Positions 1 to 10,208 are shown, counted from the stretch's first letter. The stretch: DNA of 64,000 nt from an uncultured candidate division Zixibacteria bacterium (GCA_963806185.1 CAWDXE010000001.1:640001-704000); one strand, 5' to 3'. Numbers and translations: made by a program. Notes: generated from the sequence alone by a model not told the origin.

Positions 1-1
1 G

Positions 2-1057
2 GGTGAGATAGACCTGCTCGTTGTAGATCAGTCAGGCAGGTTGAAATCATCGTCCGTGTTGGGAAACGACTGGCTGGCGACCGAAAAAGAACGTGCGGTG
101 GCAGTTTGGGCTTTCGAACACGGTCGCGCCGCCGGCTGGGCAACCGATACGCTGCCCATGGCAGCTGCAATGTACCTGCCGCTACGGGGCACGAGCGGAC
201 CGAGCATGGGAGTCATGGCCTTTCGACCGAAGACAGACCGCCGACTGACCCAGGACGAAGAGAACCTTTTGTCCGCCATTGCTCATCAACTTGTGCTGTC
301 GGTCGAACGCGATCGTCTGCAGGAGGCGGCACAGCAGGCCGAGCGGCTCAGGGATTCAGAACGGCTGCTGCAGGCAGTAATTGATTCGATTTCCCACGAG
401 TTGCGGACTCCCCTGACGGCAATCGCAGGCAATGTGTCGGCACTGGCTTCAATGGATGTCACGGCGGACCCTAAAGGGCGTGAGGCAATTGTTAGCGACC
501 TCCTTAGCATCGTTGACAGACTTAATCGGGTGGTTGGCAACTTACTGGATATGTCGCGCTTTTCCGCAAGCGCGGTAGCATTGCAGGCCGATTGGCACGA
601 TATAGGCGATCTTATTGTCTCTTCCGTACGGGCGACGGAGCGGCAAACGTCGCACCATACGATACAAATGCGCATTGCAGAAAATCTCCCGCTCGCCTGG
701 GTCGACTATCGCCTCGTCCAACAAGCCATAGAGAACCTCATCGCAAACGCAGCAAATTACTCTCCGGCGGATAGCTTGGTCGAAATCAGTTGTGAGGCGT
801 TTGAAAACAGGTTTCTGATATCGGTCTGCGATCGCGGCCCTGGAATTCCGGAAGCTGCGTTACCCCATCTCTTCGAAAAATTCTACCGAGTTCCCGGAAC
901 ACCTTCAGGCGGAGTTGGGCTCGGTCTGGCGATCGCCAAAGCCATAGTCGAGGTACATGGCGGTTCGATCGGTGCCAGAAATCGACCGAATGGCGGTGCA
1001 GTGTTTTCCATCTCTCTGCCGGTGCGGACTCAGCCGGATATTCCGGGAGAAGCTTGA
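2..1057 (+). CDS. kdpD: Sensor histidine kinase KdpD, C-terminal part (5'-truncated by window edge)
   Basis: GAF-like segment 'AVAVWAFEHGRAAGWATDTLP..AMYLPL', H-box 'SISHELRTPL', N/G boxes 'NLIANAANYS', 'DRGPGIP', 'GVGLGLAI'; the frame is open back to position 2; kdpE follows. Confidence 0.9.
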   Translation, partial: GEIDLLVVDQSGRLKSSSVLGNDWLATEKERAVAVWAFEHGRAAGWATDTLPMAAAMYLPLRGTSGPSMGVMAFRPKTDRRLTQDEENLLSAIAHQLVLSVERDRLQEAAQQAERLRDSERLLQAVIDSISHELRTPLTAIAGNVSALASMDVTADPKGREAIVSDLLSIVDRLNRVVGNLLDMSRFSASAVALQADWHDIGDLIVSSVRATERQTSHHTIQMRIAENLPLAWVDYRLVQQAIENLIANAANYSPADSLVEISCEAFENRFLISVCDRGPGIPEAALPHLFEKFYRVPGTPSGGVGLGLAIAKAIVEVHGGSIGARNRPNGGAVFSISLPVRTQPDIPGEA

Positions 1058-1061
1058 TCAC

Positions 1062-1784
1062 ATGAGCAACCCAGCGAAAATCCTGGTCATTGATGACGAA
1101 ACGGCCATCCGCCGCTTCCTGCGGATCAGTCTCGAGGCCGAGGGCTTTCAAGTAATTGAGGCAACAAGCGGTAAGGAGGGTCTGGCAATGGCCGCCAGTC
1201 ACGTGCCGCAAGTGATCGTCCTCGACCTCGGATTGCCGGACATGGACGGCGGAGAAGTCTTGCACCAGCTTCGGGAGTGGACCGATATGCCGGTTATAAT
1301 TTTGACGGTCCGCGATGACGAGCGCACCAAGGTCGCGCTTCTCGATGCCGGAGCTGACGATTACTTGACAAAGCCTTTTGGTGTGCCGGAGCTGCTGGCG
1401 CGCGTTCGAGTGGCGTTGAGGCATCGCCAGCCCGAGGCGTCGAGCCCTGTGTTTCGGAATGGACGGCTGTGCATGGACTTTCCCGACCGTACGGTGACCG
1501 TGGACGGTGAGCCGGTGAAACTCACGGTCATAGAGTTTAACCTGTTGGCCCTGCTGGCGCGTAATGTCGGCAAGCTGGTAACGCAGAAACAGTTGTTGCG
1601 GGAGATTTGGGGGCCGGGGGCGACCGGACAGTCCCAGTATTTGCGAGTATACGTGGGCAATTTGCGTAAGAAGCTTGAGGTCGATCCAGCCCGACCAACA
1701 TTGTTATTGACCGAACCTGCAATCGGCTACCGGATGGCGATGCCTGACCAGGGGCCAGACAGTCTGACAGAGAAATCCCACTGA
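1062..1784 (+). CDS. kdpE: OmpR-family response regulator KdpE
   Basis: Receiver 'ILVIDDE..LDLGLPDMDG..GADDYLTKPF' plus winged helix 'YLRVYVGNLRKKLEVDPARP..LLTEPAIGYR'; ATG 4 nt after the kdpD stop (the 957 start in the ORF track is an overextension). Confidence 0.92.
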   Translation: MSNPAKILVIDDETAIRRFLRISLEAEGFQVIEATSGKEGLAMAASHVPQVIVLDLGLPDMDGGEVLHQLREWTDMPVIILTVRDDERTKVALLDAGADDYLTKPFGVPELLARVRVALRHRQPEASSPVFRNGRLCMDFPDRTVTVDGEPVKLTVIEFNLLALLARNVGKLVTQKQLLREIWGPGATGQSQYLRVYVGNLRKKLEVDPARPTLLLTEPAIGYRMAMPDQGPDSLTEKSH

Positions 1785-1786
1785 GC

Positions 1787-1840
1787 TCAGGCTACGTTCC
1801 CCTCCATCCAGTTGCAGAACGCGTCTCGTAGACCCCGCCA
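1787..1840 (+). repeat. Junction repeat family A, copy A1 (att-like, tRNA-3'-like end)
   Basis: tcaggctacgttcccctccatccagttgcagaacgcgtctcgtagaccccgcca; minus strand reads WRGLRDAFCNWMEGNVA*. Confidence 0.85.
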
Positions 1841-2103
1841 GTATCCTAATGCGTAGTTAGACATACGCTTCCACTTATCCGGACTGTTAAATACACGGAA
1901 CTCAATCCATCGAAATTGAGTCGCATATTGCATGCGCGCACAAGAAGCACAACGGCTATCAAGCGAAGCTCGCTAAAGCCATTATTATCTATTCCACGAC
2001 TCGTCTGACGACATACCGATAGCCGAAAATTGCTCTAGGGCTGGCTAATGTTCTAAATTAACCTGATTGAACCGTTGACCGATGACGTGGAAGGAATTTT
2101 CAG

Positions 2104-3117
2104 ATGTCGGAATTCTCAGTAGCTGAGAAGCAGTTACTAATCGGGGTCAGGAGCATCGTGCTCAGAAGGGAGTCACCCGATAGATCTGCACTTGATGATT
2201 TCGGGAAGCGATTCTTCGATGATGATCTTGTGGATTGGACCGAAGCCTACGGAAGCCTCATAGCAAAGGGTTGTCTTCAATTCGACAACGGTCTCTACTC
2301 CTTATCGGACGAGGCTGCCAAGCTGGCGGCGGGATTTCGCAGAGAGAAGATGAGTTTCGGCTTCGATGAATGGATGATCAAATCCTGTGAGTGCAAAGCC
2401 TACTCGCGTTTCTGTGAACTTGTATATGGCATCGATCTCTGCCAGTGCAGCATGGTCGATCGGGAACAATTGGATAAACTCATGGAAGTACTTGATCTGA
2501 CTCCCGCCAACAGAGTGCTTGATCTCGGTTGCGGAGTGGGCAAAATCACCGAATACGTATCCGATAAGACAGGAGCGAATATCACGGGCGTGGATTTCGC
2601 AAAGGGTGTTATTGATCGAGCGAACGAGCGGACCGCAATGAAACGGGACCGATTGTCTTTCTGCGCCAGTGATATGAATGAGCTTGACTTCCCTGCCAAT
2701 TCGTTCGACACAATCATAGCGTTGGATACACTCTACTTTGTTGATGATCTCGATGAGACGATAGCGGCTATGAAGAAGATCCTTGGTGCAGCTGGGCAGA
2801 TGGGAGTGTTTTACAGCCAAATCATCAAGCCGGATGACTCAAGAGATCTTCTCGATGCGGATTCCACCCGGCTCGCAAAGGCCTTGCACAATAGCGGGCT
2901 TTCATACAGGACGTGGTGTTTCACGGACAGCGAGCATGAGATTTGGTGCAAGGAAAAGAGAATAGCTGAGGAATTGAAAGCCGACTTTGAGAGCGAGGGA
3001 TACTTGGATTTGTGCGAAAGCCGGGCCAAGGAGGCGGAGCAGCTGCTCGGAATAATCAAAGATGGTCGAGAAAGCCGACACCTTTACCACATAAAACTCG
3101 CTAACGTCGAGAACTAA
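2104..3117 (+). CDS. Class I SAM-dependent methyltransferase
   Basis: Motif I 'VLDLGCGVG', 'ITGVDF', 'FPANSFDTIIALDTLYF'; RBS-like ggaagga upstream. Confidence 0.85.
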   Translation: MSEFSVAEKQLLIGVRSIVLRRESPDRSALDDFGKRFFDDDLVDWTEAYGSLIAKGCLQFDNGLYSLSDEAAKLAAGFRREKMSFGFDEWMIKSCECKAYSRFCELVYGIDLCQCSMVDREQLDKLMEVLDLTPANRVLDLGCGVGKITEYVSDKTGANITGVDFAKGVIDRANERTAMKRDRLSFCASDMNELDFPANSFDTIIALDTLYFVDDLDETIAAMKKILGAAGQMGVFYSQIIKPDDSRDLLDADSTRLAKALHNSGLSYRTWCFTDSEHEIWCKEKRIAEELKADFESEGYLDLCESRAKEAEQLLGIIKDGRESRHLYHIKLANVEN

Positions 3118-3347
3118 ACTTGTACACATAAGCTCATCGGTTTATTCGTGGTCCATTTCCCTCCAAGGGGACAACGGACGTGCTCCTATGCTGACATGTT
3201 TCTTCTACCGCTTGTTGGTCGTCGTGCTTGGCGAATGGTGCGAGACTTCCAACTTCGGTTGGACCTACCGATTGTGCGTATGGCAGAGTAGGAGGCTAAA
3301 CGGAGGGCCCGTGGCAGTCCAGGGAAAGTGCAATCGGGGCTGCTCAG

Positions 3348-3401
3348 TCACGCCGGATACTCGATGACCCAGTTGCGGAACGCGTCTCGTAGACCCCGCC
3401 A
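3348..3401 (+). repeat. Junction repeat family A, copy A2
   Basis: tcacgccggatactcgatgacccagttgcggaacgcgtctcgtagaccccgcca; minus strand reads WRGLRDAFRNWVIEYPA*. Confidence 0.85.
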
Positions 3402-3723
3402 TTATCGTCGATCCATTTAAGCCATTGTAATCACCATTCATTCCTTACTATCGCCATCCATCTGTCTCTACTTTTGAGGCAACGCGAATCCCCAAGCAGT
3501 TCCTGCCATGCGACGGTTGTCAGCCGGCAAGGAACAATTACCAGCGGCGGTGAGAGACGAGATGTTCTGCTTTCTGGTTCTCGTTCAATTTTGATTGGAG
3601 ATTGTTGTGCATTACGGTCCCCTTCAACGTCCAGATATCCTGACAATACATTCCGGGCGCGCTCGTGGTGGGTGCCATGGCATCTCTTCACCGACGCGTC
3701 ATGTTTTCGTCACGGCTTCCGGC

Positions 3724-4977
3724 TTACGATTTGTCGAGGCTACGGATTTTCACATAGAGCGCAATCGCCAGTATGGTGATGAGAAGAGAAGAGATTCCGA
3801 GACCCCATCGGCGGAAATAGTATTCGCGGACAAGTGCTGCAGCGCCGGTTTGTACCGTTTTGGACTTTGCGAGGCCGTCAGTCGCATACGGAATCAAAGT
3901 GTCGAGGTTGAACGCATGGATAGACGACCGCATGTGAATCTCGACTTGGTCGGCATCCTTGAGGGCAAATTCGATATCGGTTACCATCATACCCCGCCTC
4001 GACGCTTCGTTGACCCTGGACCGCGATGAATCAATCGCGTTTGCCAGAGTCGCATAGAGTGTACTCATGCTGTCGATTTTTGCCGCCGCCGTTGTGCCAT
4101 CGCCGGCAGAGTGGCAGTTGCCGCAAAGTTGGCCGTCTCCCAGGCCTATGAGGGTCCTTGTCGGTGTGGTGATACCGTGATTGCTGTGGCACGTCTCGCA
4201 CATTGGCAAGCCCTGCGCCGCGAATGCCTCATAATGTGGTGATAACGCATACAGGTCGGCCTCGATCGCGTGACACATTCCACATACGGCCGATAAAGAA
4301 CTGGCCCCGGGTGGTGCTGCGCCGTGGTTCCCATGGCAATCGTTACAGACGGGCGCGCTCAGATCCATCTTCACGAATACTGCTTTGCCGTGAACTGATT
4401 TGCGGTAAAGCTCTTCCTGATCGGTAGGTATCCCGTATTCGGCCATGTAGTCGGCGTTGCTATGGCAGGCACCGCATGTAGAGGGAATGTTAGCCGGGTT
4501 CGTCGTCGAATAGGGCATGGCGGCGTCACCGATCTTGTGGGCCGTATGGCAGGAAACGCAGGTGGCCACCTTGGAATCGTTTTTCTGAAACAGCCGCTGG
4601 CCGTGAATCGAGGTCTTGTACTTGTCGAACTGATCAATCGGCAGTTTGGGGTTATGTTCGTGCATATAACGGGCGTCACCGTGGCAACGACTGCAAAACT
4701 CCGGTATTGCCGATCTTCCGGGCACACCCCGCCAGCCGGCGGAAGCTCGAACGGCGTCCATGTCATCCAGGGCGGGATTGCCGCCATGACAGTCGGAACA
4801 GTTCAGGCCTTTCTGGGCGTGGATATCGAGAGAGAAATCGTGCGCGGGTCCTTCGTCGCCTTCCAGCTCCAGGTGACAGATCACGCATTGACTCTGTCTG
4901 CTGCCCTGCGGCCAGACCGGTGCGGCCAGCGTGACGCAGAGAATTCCGCCCATGATGAAAAGCTTGCGGGACATCAT
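3724..4977 (-). CDS. Membrane-anchored multiheme (9 CxxCH) cytochrome c
   Basis: Signal peptide MMSRKLFIMGGILCVTLAAPVW; CVICH, CSDCH, CSRCH, CVSCH, CGACH, CNDCH, CGMCH, CETCH, CGNCH; C-terminal TM helix; ATGA overlap with the cytochrome b stop. Confidence 0.9.
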   Translation of the reverse strand: MMSRKLFIMGGILCVTLAAPVWPQGSRQSQCVICHLELEGDEGPAHDFSLDIHAQKGLNCSDCHGGNPALDDMDAVRASAGWRGVPGRSAIPEFCSRCHGDARYMHEHNPKLPIDQFDKYKTSIHGQRLFQKNDSKVATCVSCHTAHKIGDAAMPYSTTNPANIPSTCGACHSNADYMAEYGIPTDQEELYRKSVHGKAVFVKMDLSAPVCNDCHGNHGAAPPGASSLSAVCGMCHAIEADLYALSPHYEAFAAQGLPMCETCHSNHGITTPTRTLIGLGDGQLCGNCHSAGDGTTAAAKIDSMSTLYATLANAIDSSRSRVNEASRRGMMVTDIEFALKDADQVEIHMRSSIHAFNLDTLIPYATDGLAKSKTVQTGAAALVREYYFRRWGLGISSLLITILAIALYVKIRSLDKS

Positions 4978-6098
4978 TTGATCCAATACCCCACCAAGGT
5001 CATGACTACTATGAACGCCACCACGAAAACTCCGAAACTCATCCACCGTCGTGACGGCTCGTTGCGACTGGACCGCTTGTCCAGGAAGGGGACAAGAAGC
5101 CAGAGCAAACCGCCGAGCGACATGAGCAACATGCCGAACTGTTCGCCTTCGAGAAACAGGACTTTGGCCGGTAACAGCTTCAATGCCTGAAAAGCAAACA
5201 TGAAGTACCACTCCGGACGAATCACATCCGGTGGAGGCGCGAAGGGATCGGCCTTGTTACCGAGCGGCCAGTGAAAGACGCCAACGCCATCCGGAAACAC
5301 GACCGCAAGCAGCGCGAGGACGTTCAGCGCAACTAACCAGAGCAGAAGGTCGCGGTACAGGAAATTCGGAAAGAACTTCATGTACTTCTTCTTATCAGTC
5401 GCTTTATTCTCCCAGCCGATCGGCTCGCTCATTCCCTGACGCTGGACAAACAGCAGATGGATCGCGAGAACGGCGGTGAAGAGTGCCGGAAGAATGGCCA
5501 CGTGCAGTCCGAAAAAGCGGCCAATGGTCGCCCCGGTTACTTCCTCTCCTCCCCGCAGGATTACGAGCAAGTACTGACCAACGAATGGAATGGCGTGCAT
5601 CATTCCCGTTCCGACCCGGGTTGCGAAATATGACAGTTCGTTCCACGGTAGCAGATACCCGGAGAATCCAAAAGTGAGAGCAAGGCCGAGCAGGGCGATG
5701 CCGCTAAACCAGGTCAATTCTCTGGGAGGGCGATACGCCCGAGTAAAGAACACTGTGAACATATGAAGGAACGCCACGAAGATCATCAGATTCGCCGACC
5801 ATGAATGCAGAGAGCGAATTAACCAGCCGAAGCTGACCTCACTGATGATAAACTTCACCGATTCGTATGCCGAGTCCGCCCCCGGGCGGTAATACATCAG
5901 CAGGAGAATGCCGGTGCCGACCTGAATCAAGAACAGGAATATCGTCAGGCCGCCCAGATAGTAGAAGATTGAATGCCCGTGTACGGGCACAGTCTTATGG
6001 TCCATGTATTGGACCAAATCCTGAATCTTCAGGCGCTCGTCAAGCCAGGAGAATAGTCGTTGACGGCGGCCCGACGGCGCACTGGCTGGCGCAGCCAT
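4974..6098 (-). CDS. Cytochrome b of a Rieske/cytochrome b complex (b6-like N-domain fused to subunit IV-like domain)
   Basis: 'QVGTGILLLMYYRP', heme His pairs 'SLHSWSAN..FLHMF' and 'GLHVAILP..AIHLLF', 'GYLLPW', Qo motif 'PEWYF'. Confidence 0.93.
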   Translation of the reverse strand: MAAPASAPSGRRQRLFSWLDERLKIQDLVQYMDHKTVPVHGHSIFYYLGGLTIFLFLIQVGTGILLLMYYRPGADSAYESVKFIISEVSFGWLIRSLHSWSANLMIFVAFLHMFTVFFTRAYRPPRELTWFSGIALLGLALTFGFSGYLLPWNELSYFATRVGTGMMHAIPFVGQYLLVILRGGEEVTGATIGRFFGLHVAILPALFTAVLAIHLLFVQRQGMSEPIGWENKATDKKKYMKFFPNFLYRDLLLWLVALNVLALLAVVFPDGVGVFHWPLGNKADPFAPPPDVIRPEWYFMFAFQALKLLPAKVLFLEGEQFGMLLMSLGGLLWLLVPFLDKRSSRNEPSRRWMSFGVFVVAFIVVMTLVGYWIK

Positions 6099-6574
6099 CA
6101 GACAGGTTCCTTCGACACAAAGATTTCGGCACCTACTTCGTTCACCAGAAACACCTCCAAGGGCCGGGGTGGCGGCCCCGAGATATTTTTACCGTCAAGA
6201 CTATACCGACCATTGTGGCATGCACACCAGAGGACGCCTTCTTCGGGGCGATTCTGCACGGTGCAGTCGAGGTGGGTACACTGAGCCGAGAGTGCGCGAA
6301 GTTCGCCATTCGGCGTTAGAATGATGATGCCGAGCTTCTGTCCAAAGCGAAACGTTTTGGCACGTTTTGCCTCGGCCTCGATATCCTTTCGGCCAAACGG
6401 AAGTTTAACTTGATTGACTCTTGCTTCGCCCGAGGTAGGCGGGAGTAGGAAACGTATGGTCGGGTAAAGAATGGATGCTGATACGGCAATAGCGAAGAAG
6501 CCGATAAGACGATCAAGAAACCCGCGTCTCGTCAACCGTTCATTTGGGCTGTCGTTTGGCGCTGTCAAATGCAT
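6098..6574 (-). CDS. Rieske [2Fe-2S] protein
   Basis: Tat motif 'TRRGFL' plus TM helix; boxes 'CTHLDC' and 'CACHNGRY'; 'GPPPRPL'. Confidence 0.93.
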   Translation of the reverse strand: MHLTAPNDSPNERLTRRGFLDRLIGFFAIAVSASILYPTIRFLLPPTSGEARVNQVKLPFGRKDIEAEAKRAKTFRFGQKLGIIILTPNGELRALSAQCTHLDCTVQNRPEEGVLWCACHNGRYSLDGKNISGPPPRPLEVFLVNEVGAEIFVSKEPV

Positions 6575-6627
6575 ACACAGATGGTGCGATCTCTTCCCGG
6601 TTGTCGAGCAATTCAGCGTGCTCAGTG

Positions 6628-6789
6628 TCAGATGTTGACGCGATCATCCTCCGGTCTATCTTTTGGAGGTTCCTGCTGATCGTCTCCCGGGTCCTTCCGG
6701 CCTGAGATCATTCGTACGATGACCCACATGACCACGAACCCGAACAGGGCGATCGCTATCGGAGTTATCAAAGTTGCCAACGAATCCAT
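6628..6789 (-). CDS. Small single-TM protein heading the Rieske/cytochrome b operon
   Basis: GGAGG RBS, 53 aa MDSLATLITPIAIALFGFVVMWVIVRM followed by an acidic tail; co-oriented with the operon. Confidence 0.55.
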   Translation of the reverse strand: MDSLATLITPIAIALFGFVVMWVIVRMISGRKDPGDDQQEPPKDRPEDDRVNI

Positions 6790-7455
6790 AAACGCCTCCG
6801 CCGCCAAACACATGAGCGCAGTCTGTGAGACGTGTGACTACTATCCAAAACAACCGCGCGTTATGATTCTGGCTCAGAAGCAATCGACATGATGCAAAAC
6901 CCTGCTGACCCGGGAGATCCTGTAAGATCGGCGTCACACCTGCATACTGGGCCGCAAAATCAAAGGTCAGGATTTGAGAATGAAACCCCACAAGTATCCC
7001 TTGGGTCTCTGACCATCATGTCTAAGTCGATTCTCCCTCGGGAGTTCGATATGCCATTAATGTCGACATACAGAACCAAGTTTGTCAAGTTTTTTTTTCC
7101 AGCGCCTCGTCCTATGTCATTGCCCGCCCACACACACGCGGGCTATACATTGAGATGGCGGGCACTATGAAGGGAATGTGACGGAACTGTTACACTTGCC
7201 GTATGCTCCTTTTAGCGATTGGATTGATACCGGAGACCACGAATCTGAAGGATGATCTGAATCCAGATTTTAGAGTCTTGAGATGCGCGGGGGGACCGAA
7301 AGAAGCGACATCAAATCACTGATCGGTCAGCATTAGCCCAGCAGGATACACTGTCGGGTCGACTTGTCTTCAACCAGTGGGGTAGCGAACCCATTGTTGT
7401 AAAGTGGCTTATTGGTACCTCGAAGGTTTGATACGTCCGCCCGGGGGAGCCAACA

Positions 7456-7501
7456 CTAGGCCGAACTTTCAATTTCCTGGTTGCAGAACGCGTCTCGTAG
7501 A
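7456..7501 (+). repeat. Junction repeat family A, copy A3 (3' end degenerate)
   Basis: ctaggccgaactttcaatttcctggttgcagaacgcgtctcgtaga; minus strand reads LRDAFCNQEIESSA*. Confidence 0.78.
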
Positions 7502-7619
7502 TTCTGAGTATAAATCAGAATAATACATTTTTGATATGCGACAGTGCCACGCTGGCCAACAGCGCCTCCAAAATCACGAACGATTTCCGCCATGAAAGGC
7601 TAGCTATCGGAGCACAGAC

Positions 7620-9410
7620 CTATTTCTGAACAAGGTTCATGGTGCCTCCCGTGCCAACACTAACGAGTTCGGCCAGCGCTTCTTCCAGCTTCGAGAGTCG
7701 GGCCTTTAGTGCCGCATTCTCGGCTTTCATCTGCTCTTTCTCCCTCTCCAACGTTTGGATGGCAATCATCATGACTCCGGCCATATCGCCGGAGTTAATG
7801 CTGACTGAGTCTCCTGACAGACCTACACAGTCGTGTCCGAAAGCGGCATAGAACTCCTGCGCGACAGGACCATAATGGCGGAACCGGGTTGGATCGTTCC
7901 CCTTGTAGTTCCAACTCGTCAGGCTCAGTCCGCGAATCTTTCGAAGGACTTCTCCACCGTCCACGGGCTGGAAGTTCTCCTTTTGATTTTTGTCCGAAGT
8001 GAAAGTGTAAGCCACTTGCCCCTCAATAACAGTGACAGACGAGTTCCCCAGCCGGATCTTGTTACTGGCGTTCACGTTGGCGTTGTAGCCGATCGCCGTG
8101 GCGTTAAACAAGGCGTCGCTCGCAACATCCGCTGAATAACCTACCGCAGTGTTTTGGCGGCCAGTAGCATTGGTCAGAAGCGCGTTACTGCCGCAGGCGG
8201 CGTTGGAATAGCCGGTTGTGTTGTTTTCAAGTGCGCTGCCCCCGTAGGCCGTGTTGCTGTTGCCGGTGCTGTTTCGATAGAGCGCAGATTGGCCGCTGGC
8301 AGTGTTGCCTCCGCCAACAGTGTTGAAATAGAGTGCCCGGTATCCACTGGCGGTATTTGCAGAGCCGCTGGTATTGGAATAAAGCACTTTAGTTCCGCTG
8401 GCAGAATTGTAGCTGCCGCTCGTGTCAGAGTAGAGCGCCCCCAGACCACTGGCTGTGTTGGAGCGGCCGGTCGTGTTGCTATTGAGCGCAAGTTCCCCGA
8501 TCGCGGTATTGCTATCGCCAGAAATGTTGTTCTCCATTGCGCCTAGCCCGGTCGCGGTATTGTAAGTGCCGGAGACATTGCTTCTGAGCGCGTATTCCCC
8601 GGTGGCTGTATTGCCGTCGCCGGTAGTGTTGTTCTGCAATGCACCGAGACCAGTAGCGGAGTTGTAGTTGCCACTGGTATTTTGGGCGAGCGCACTTGTA
8701 CCAATGGCAACATTGTTGTTTCCAATCGTATTGCTACGGAGCGCAAACTCCCCGCTGGCGGTGTTACCGTGGCCAGTGGTGTTGAGGTTGAGCGCATTGC
8801 TTCCGTTGGCAGTGTTGAAGTAGCCGGTAGTGTTGCTAGACAGCGCATTCGGCCCAGTACCAACGTTGTCAGTGCCGGTCATCGTCAGGTTCCCCGTGTT
8901 TAGACCTACGAAGACGTTGTTGGTGCCGAAATTGTGGAGGAACAGTGTACCTCCTTTAACAATATTGCCGGTTGTTGCCGCTGAAGAGTCGAGATTGATA
9001 TTCCCGCTGATGCTCCCACCGGACGATCCATCAATCGTACTGACTCGATACGCGAACGGCACCGTGACAAGGCTCGTGCGGGGACTTAGCTCCGGATCGG
9101 CTCCGACTCTGACACCCAGGTAGCGTTTCGTGCTGCTGAAGACGGTGTCGGTGACGGGCGTCACCGTTCCGAGCAGGACGGCAAAAAGTCCACCCGAAGT
9201 GGTAACAGACTGCGTTTCGGTCCACTTGCTTGTGCCGCCGATAGCAGCATTGTAGATCGTAAACACGACCGAGTAGCTTCCGTCCGGCACTGTCATGCCG
9301 CCGGCTGTGGTCAGGCGACCCTGATAGTTTAAGGAAGTCGGTGTGACGGAGTAGGCACTCGATATTGTCAACACCAGGAAGGCGCACAAAGAATTGATTG
9401 AATGTTTCAT
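7620..9410 (-). CDS. Secreted trimeric beta-helix/fibre protein with C-terminal intramolecular chaperone (peptidase S74-like) domain
   Basis: Signal peptide; 'LNYQGRLT' N-domain; many 'NTAxGxxALxxNTTG' repeats; 'TSDKNQKENF..WNYK..HYGPVAQEF..AFG' chaperone motif plus coiled coil. Confidence 0.85.
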   Translation of the reverse strand: MKHSINSLCAFLVLTISSAYSVTPTSLNYQGRLTTAGGMTVPDGSYSVVFTIYNAAIGGTSKWTETQSVTTSGGLFAVLLGTVTPVTDTVFSSTKRYLGVRVGADPELSPRTSLVTVPFAYRVSTIDGSSGGSISGNINLDSSAATTGNIVKGGTLFLHNFGTNNVFVGLNTGNLTMTGTDNVGTGPNALSSNTTGYFNTANGSNALNLNTTGHGNTASGEFALRSNTIGNNNVAIGTSALAQNTSGNYNSATGLGALQNNTTGDGNTATGEYALRSNVSGTYNTATGLGAMENNISGDSNTAIGELALNSNTTGRSNTASGLGALYSDTSGSYNSASGTKVLYSNTSGSANTASGYRALYFNTVGGGNTASGQSALYRNSTGNSNTAYGGSALENNTTGYSNAACGSNALLTNATGRQNTAVGYSADVASDALFNATAIGYNANVNASNKIRLGNSSVTVIEGQVAYTFTSDKNQKENFQPVDGGEVLRKIRGLSLTSWNYKGNDPTRFRHYGPVAQEFYAAFGHDCVGLSGDSVSINSGDMAGVMMIAIQTLEREKEQMKAENAALKARLSKLEEALAELVSVGTGGTMNLVQK

Positions 9411-9709
9411 ACACTTAGGCCTTTATGAAAGTGAGCGGACTGAATTCAGCGTTGCGCGGACAAGTACTGCCCATATTATCCTCAATATAGTCGGATGCAC
9501 GAGCTTTCCTATGGAAATGAATTTGTGTCACCGGAAGAGCGGGTTAGCGTTGGCTCTGTGCATTGTAGCTTATCACGACCATGATTTTCGGCCGATTGGT
9601 AGGGCAACAATCCCGCTAAACGGCAATGTGCCTCGTGAAACGTATCGAACTCTCGAAGTTGAGACCAAACTGGCCGAGTCATAACGGCATCGCAAGAAAC
9701 GGTACTGCA

Positions 9710-9801
9710 TTCGATGGTGAATCTGTCTCGGCAGGAGTCTACTTGTATCGCCTCACAGCTGGCAATGTTGCTGAGACAAAAAGAGGCTGTTGCTCAAGTA
9801 T
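9710..9801 (+). pseudogene. Orphan 3' remnant of a secretion C-terminal sorting domain (FlgD/T9SS-type CTD)
   Basis: Reads FDGESVSAGVYLYRLTAGNVAETK, then LLLK after a 1-nt frameshift; matches the end of the intact S8 protease CTD in this window (SSGVYLYRLSAG..TRKMLLVK*); no gene body upstream. Confidence 0.6.
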
Positions 9802-10028
9802 GGGCTGGGCGACTGTGATACCAGAGGCAAGTTTGTCGCTCTGCCCTTCTCCATTCTGTGAAATGCCAACAATTCCGCATCTAATCCCACTGTTATCCAT
9901 CGTGGCCCACCAATTCGAGCACATTGTGAACGGATGGGAAACCGAAAAGTCATGGGTTCTGGACGATCAGAGAAGCCAGACTGGGTGCGGTCGTGCCAGG
10001 TCGCGCCAGACCGCACAACGTGACTTAG

Positions 10029-10073
10029 TCAGGCCGCATTTCGATAACCCAGTTTCGGAACGCGTCTCGTAGA
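10029..10073 (+). repeat. Junction repeat family A, copy A4
   Basis: tcaggccgcatttcgataacccagtttcggaacgcgtctcgtaga; minus strand reads LRDAFRNWVIE, then (N)AA* after a 1-nt deletion. Confidence 0.82.
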
Positions 10074-10208
10074 GCCTGTTTATATCGCCACAGTTGATCC
10101 ATGGTGATACTTACGGCAAGACTTCAAGGTCTTCCCCCAATCATTCGATTTGGCTGACTTCATCCGACACGAATGTTCCCAGTCGGACAAATTGTGTTCC
10201 CGCAGGAT

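Noticed and set aside
1841..1935. Short minus-strand ORF reading into repeat A1 (MQYATQFRW..GYWRGLRD) as a recombinase remnant
   Set aside because: No recognisable recombinase motif, and the equivalent frame is closed by a stop immediately before the core in A2 and A6.
6523..6537. cgcgtctcgtcaacc matches the core of repeat A5
   Set aside because: It lies inside the Rieske gene where it encodes the Tat motif region (RLTRRG), and the flanks do not match; treated as coincidence.
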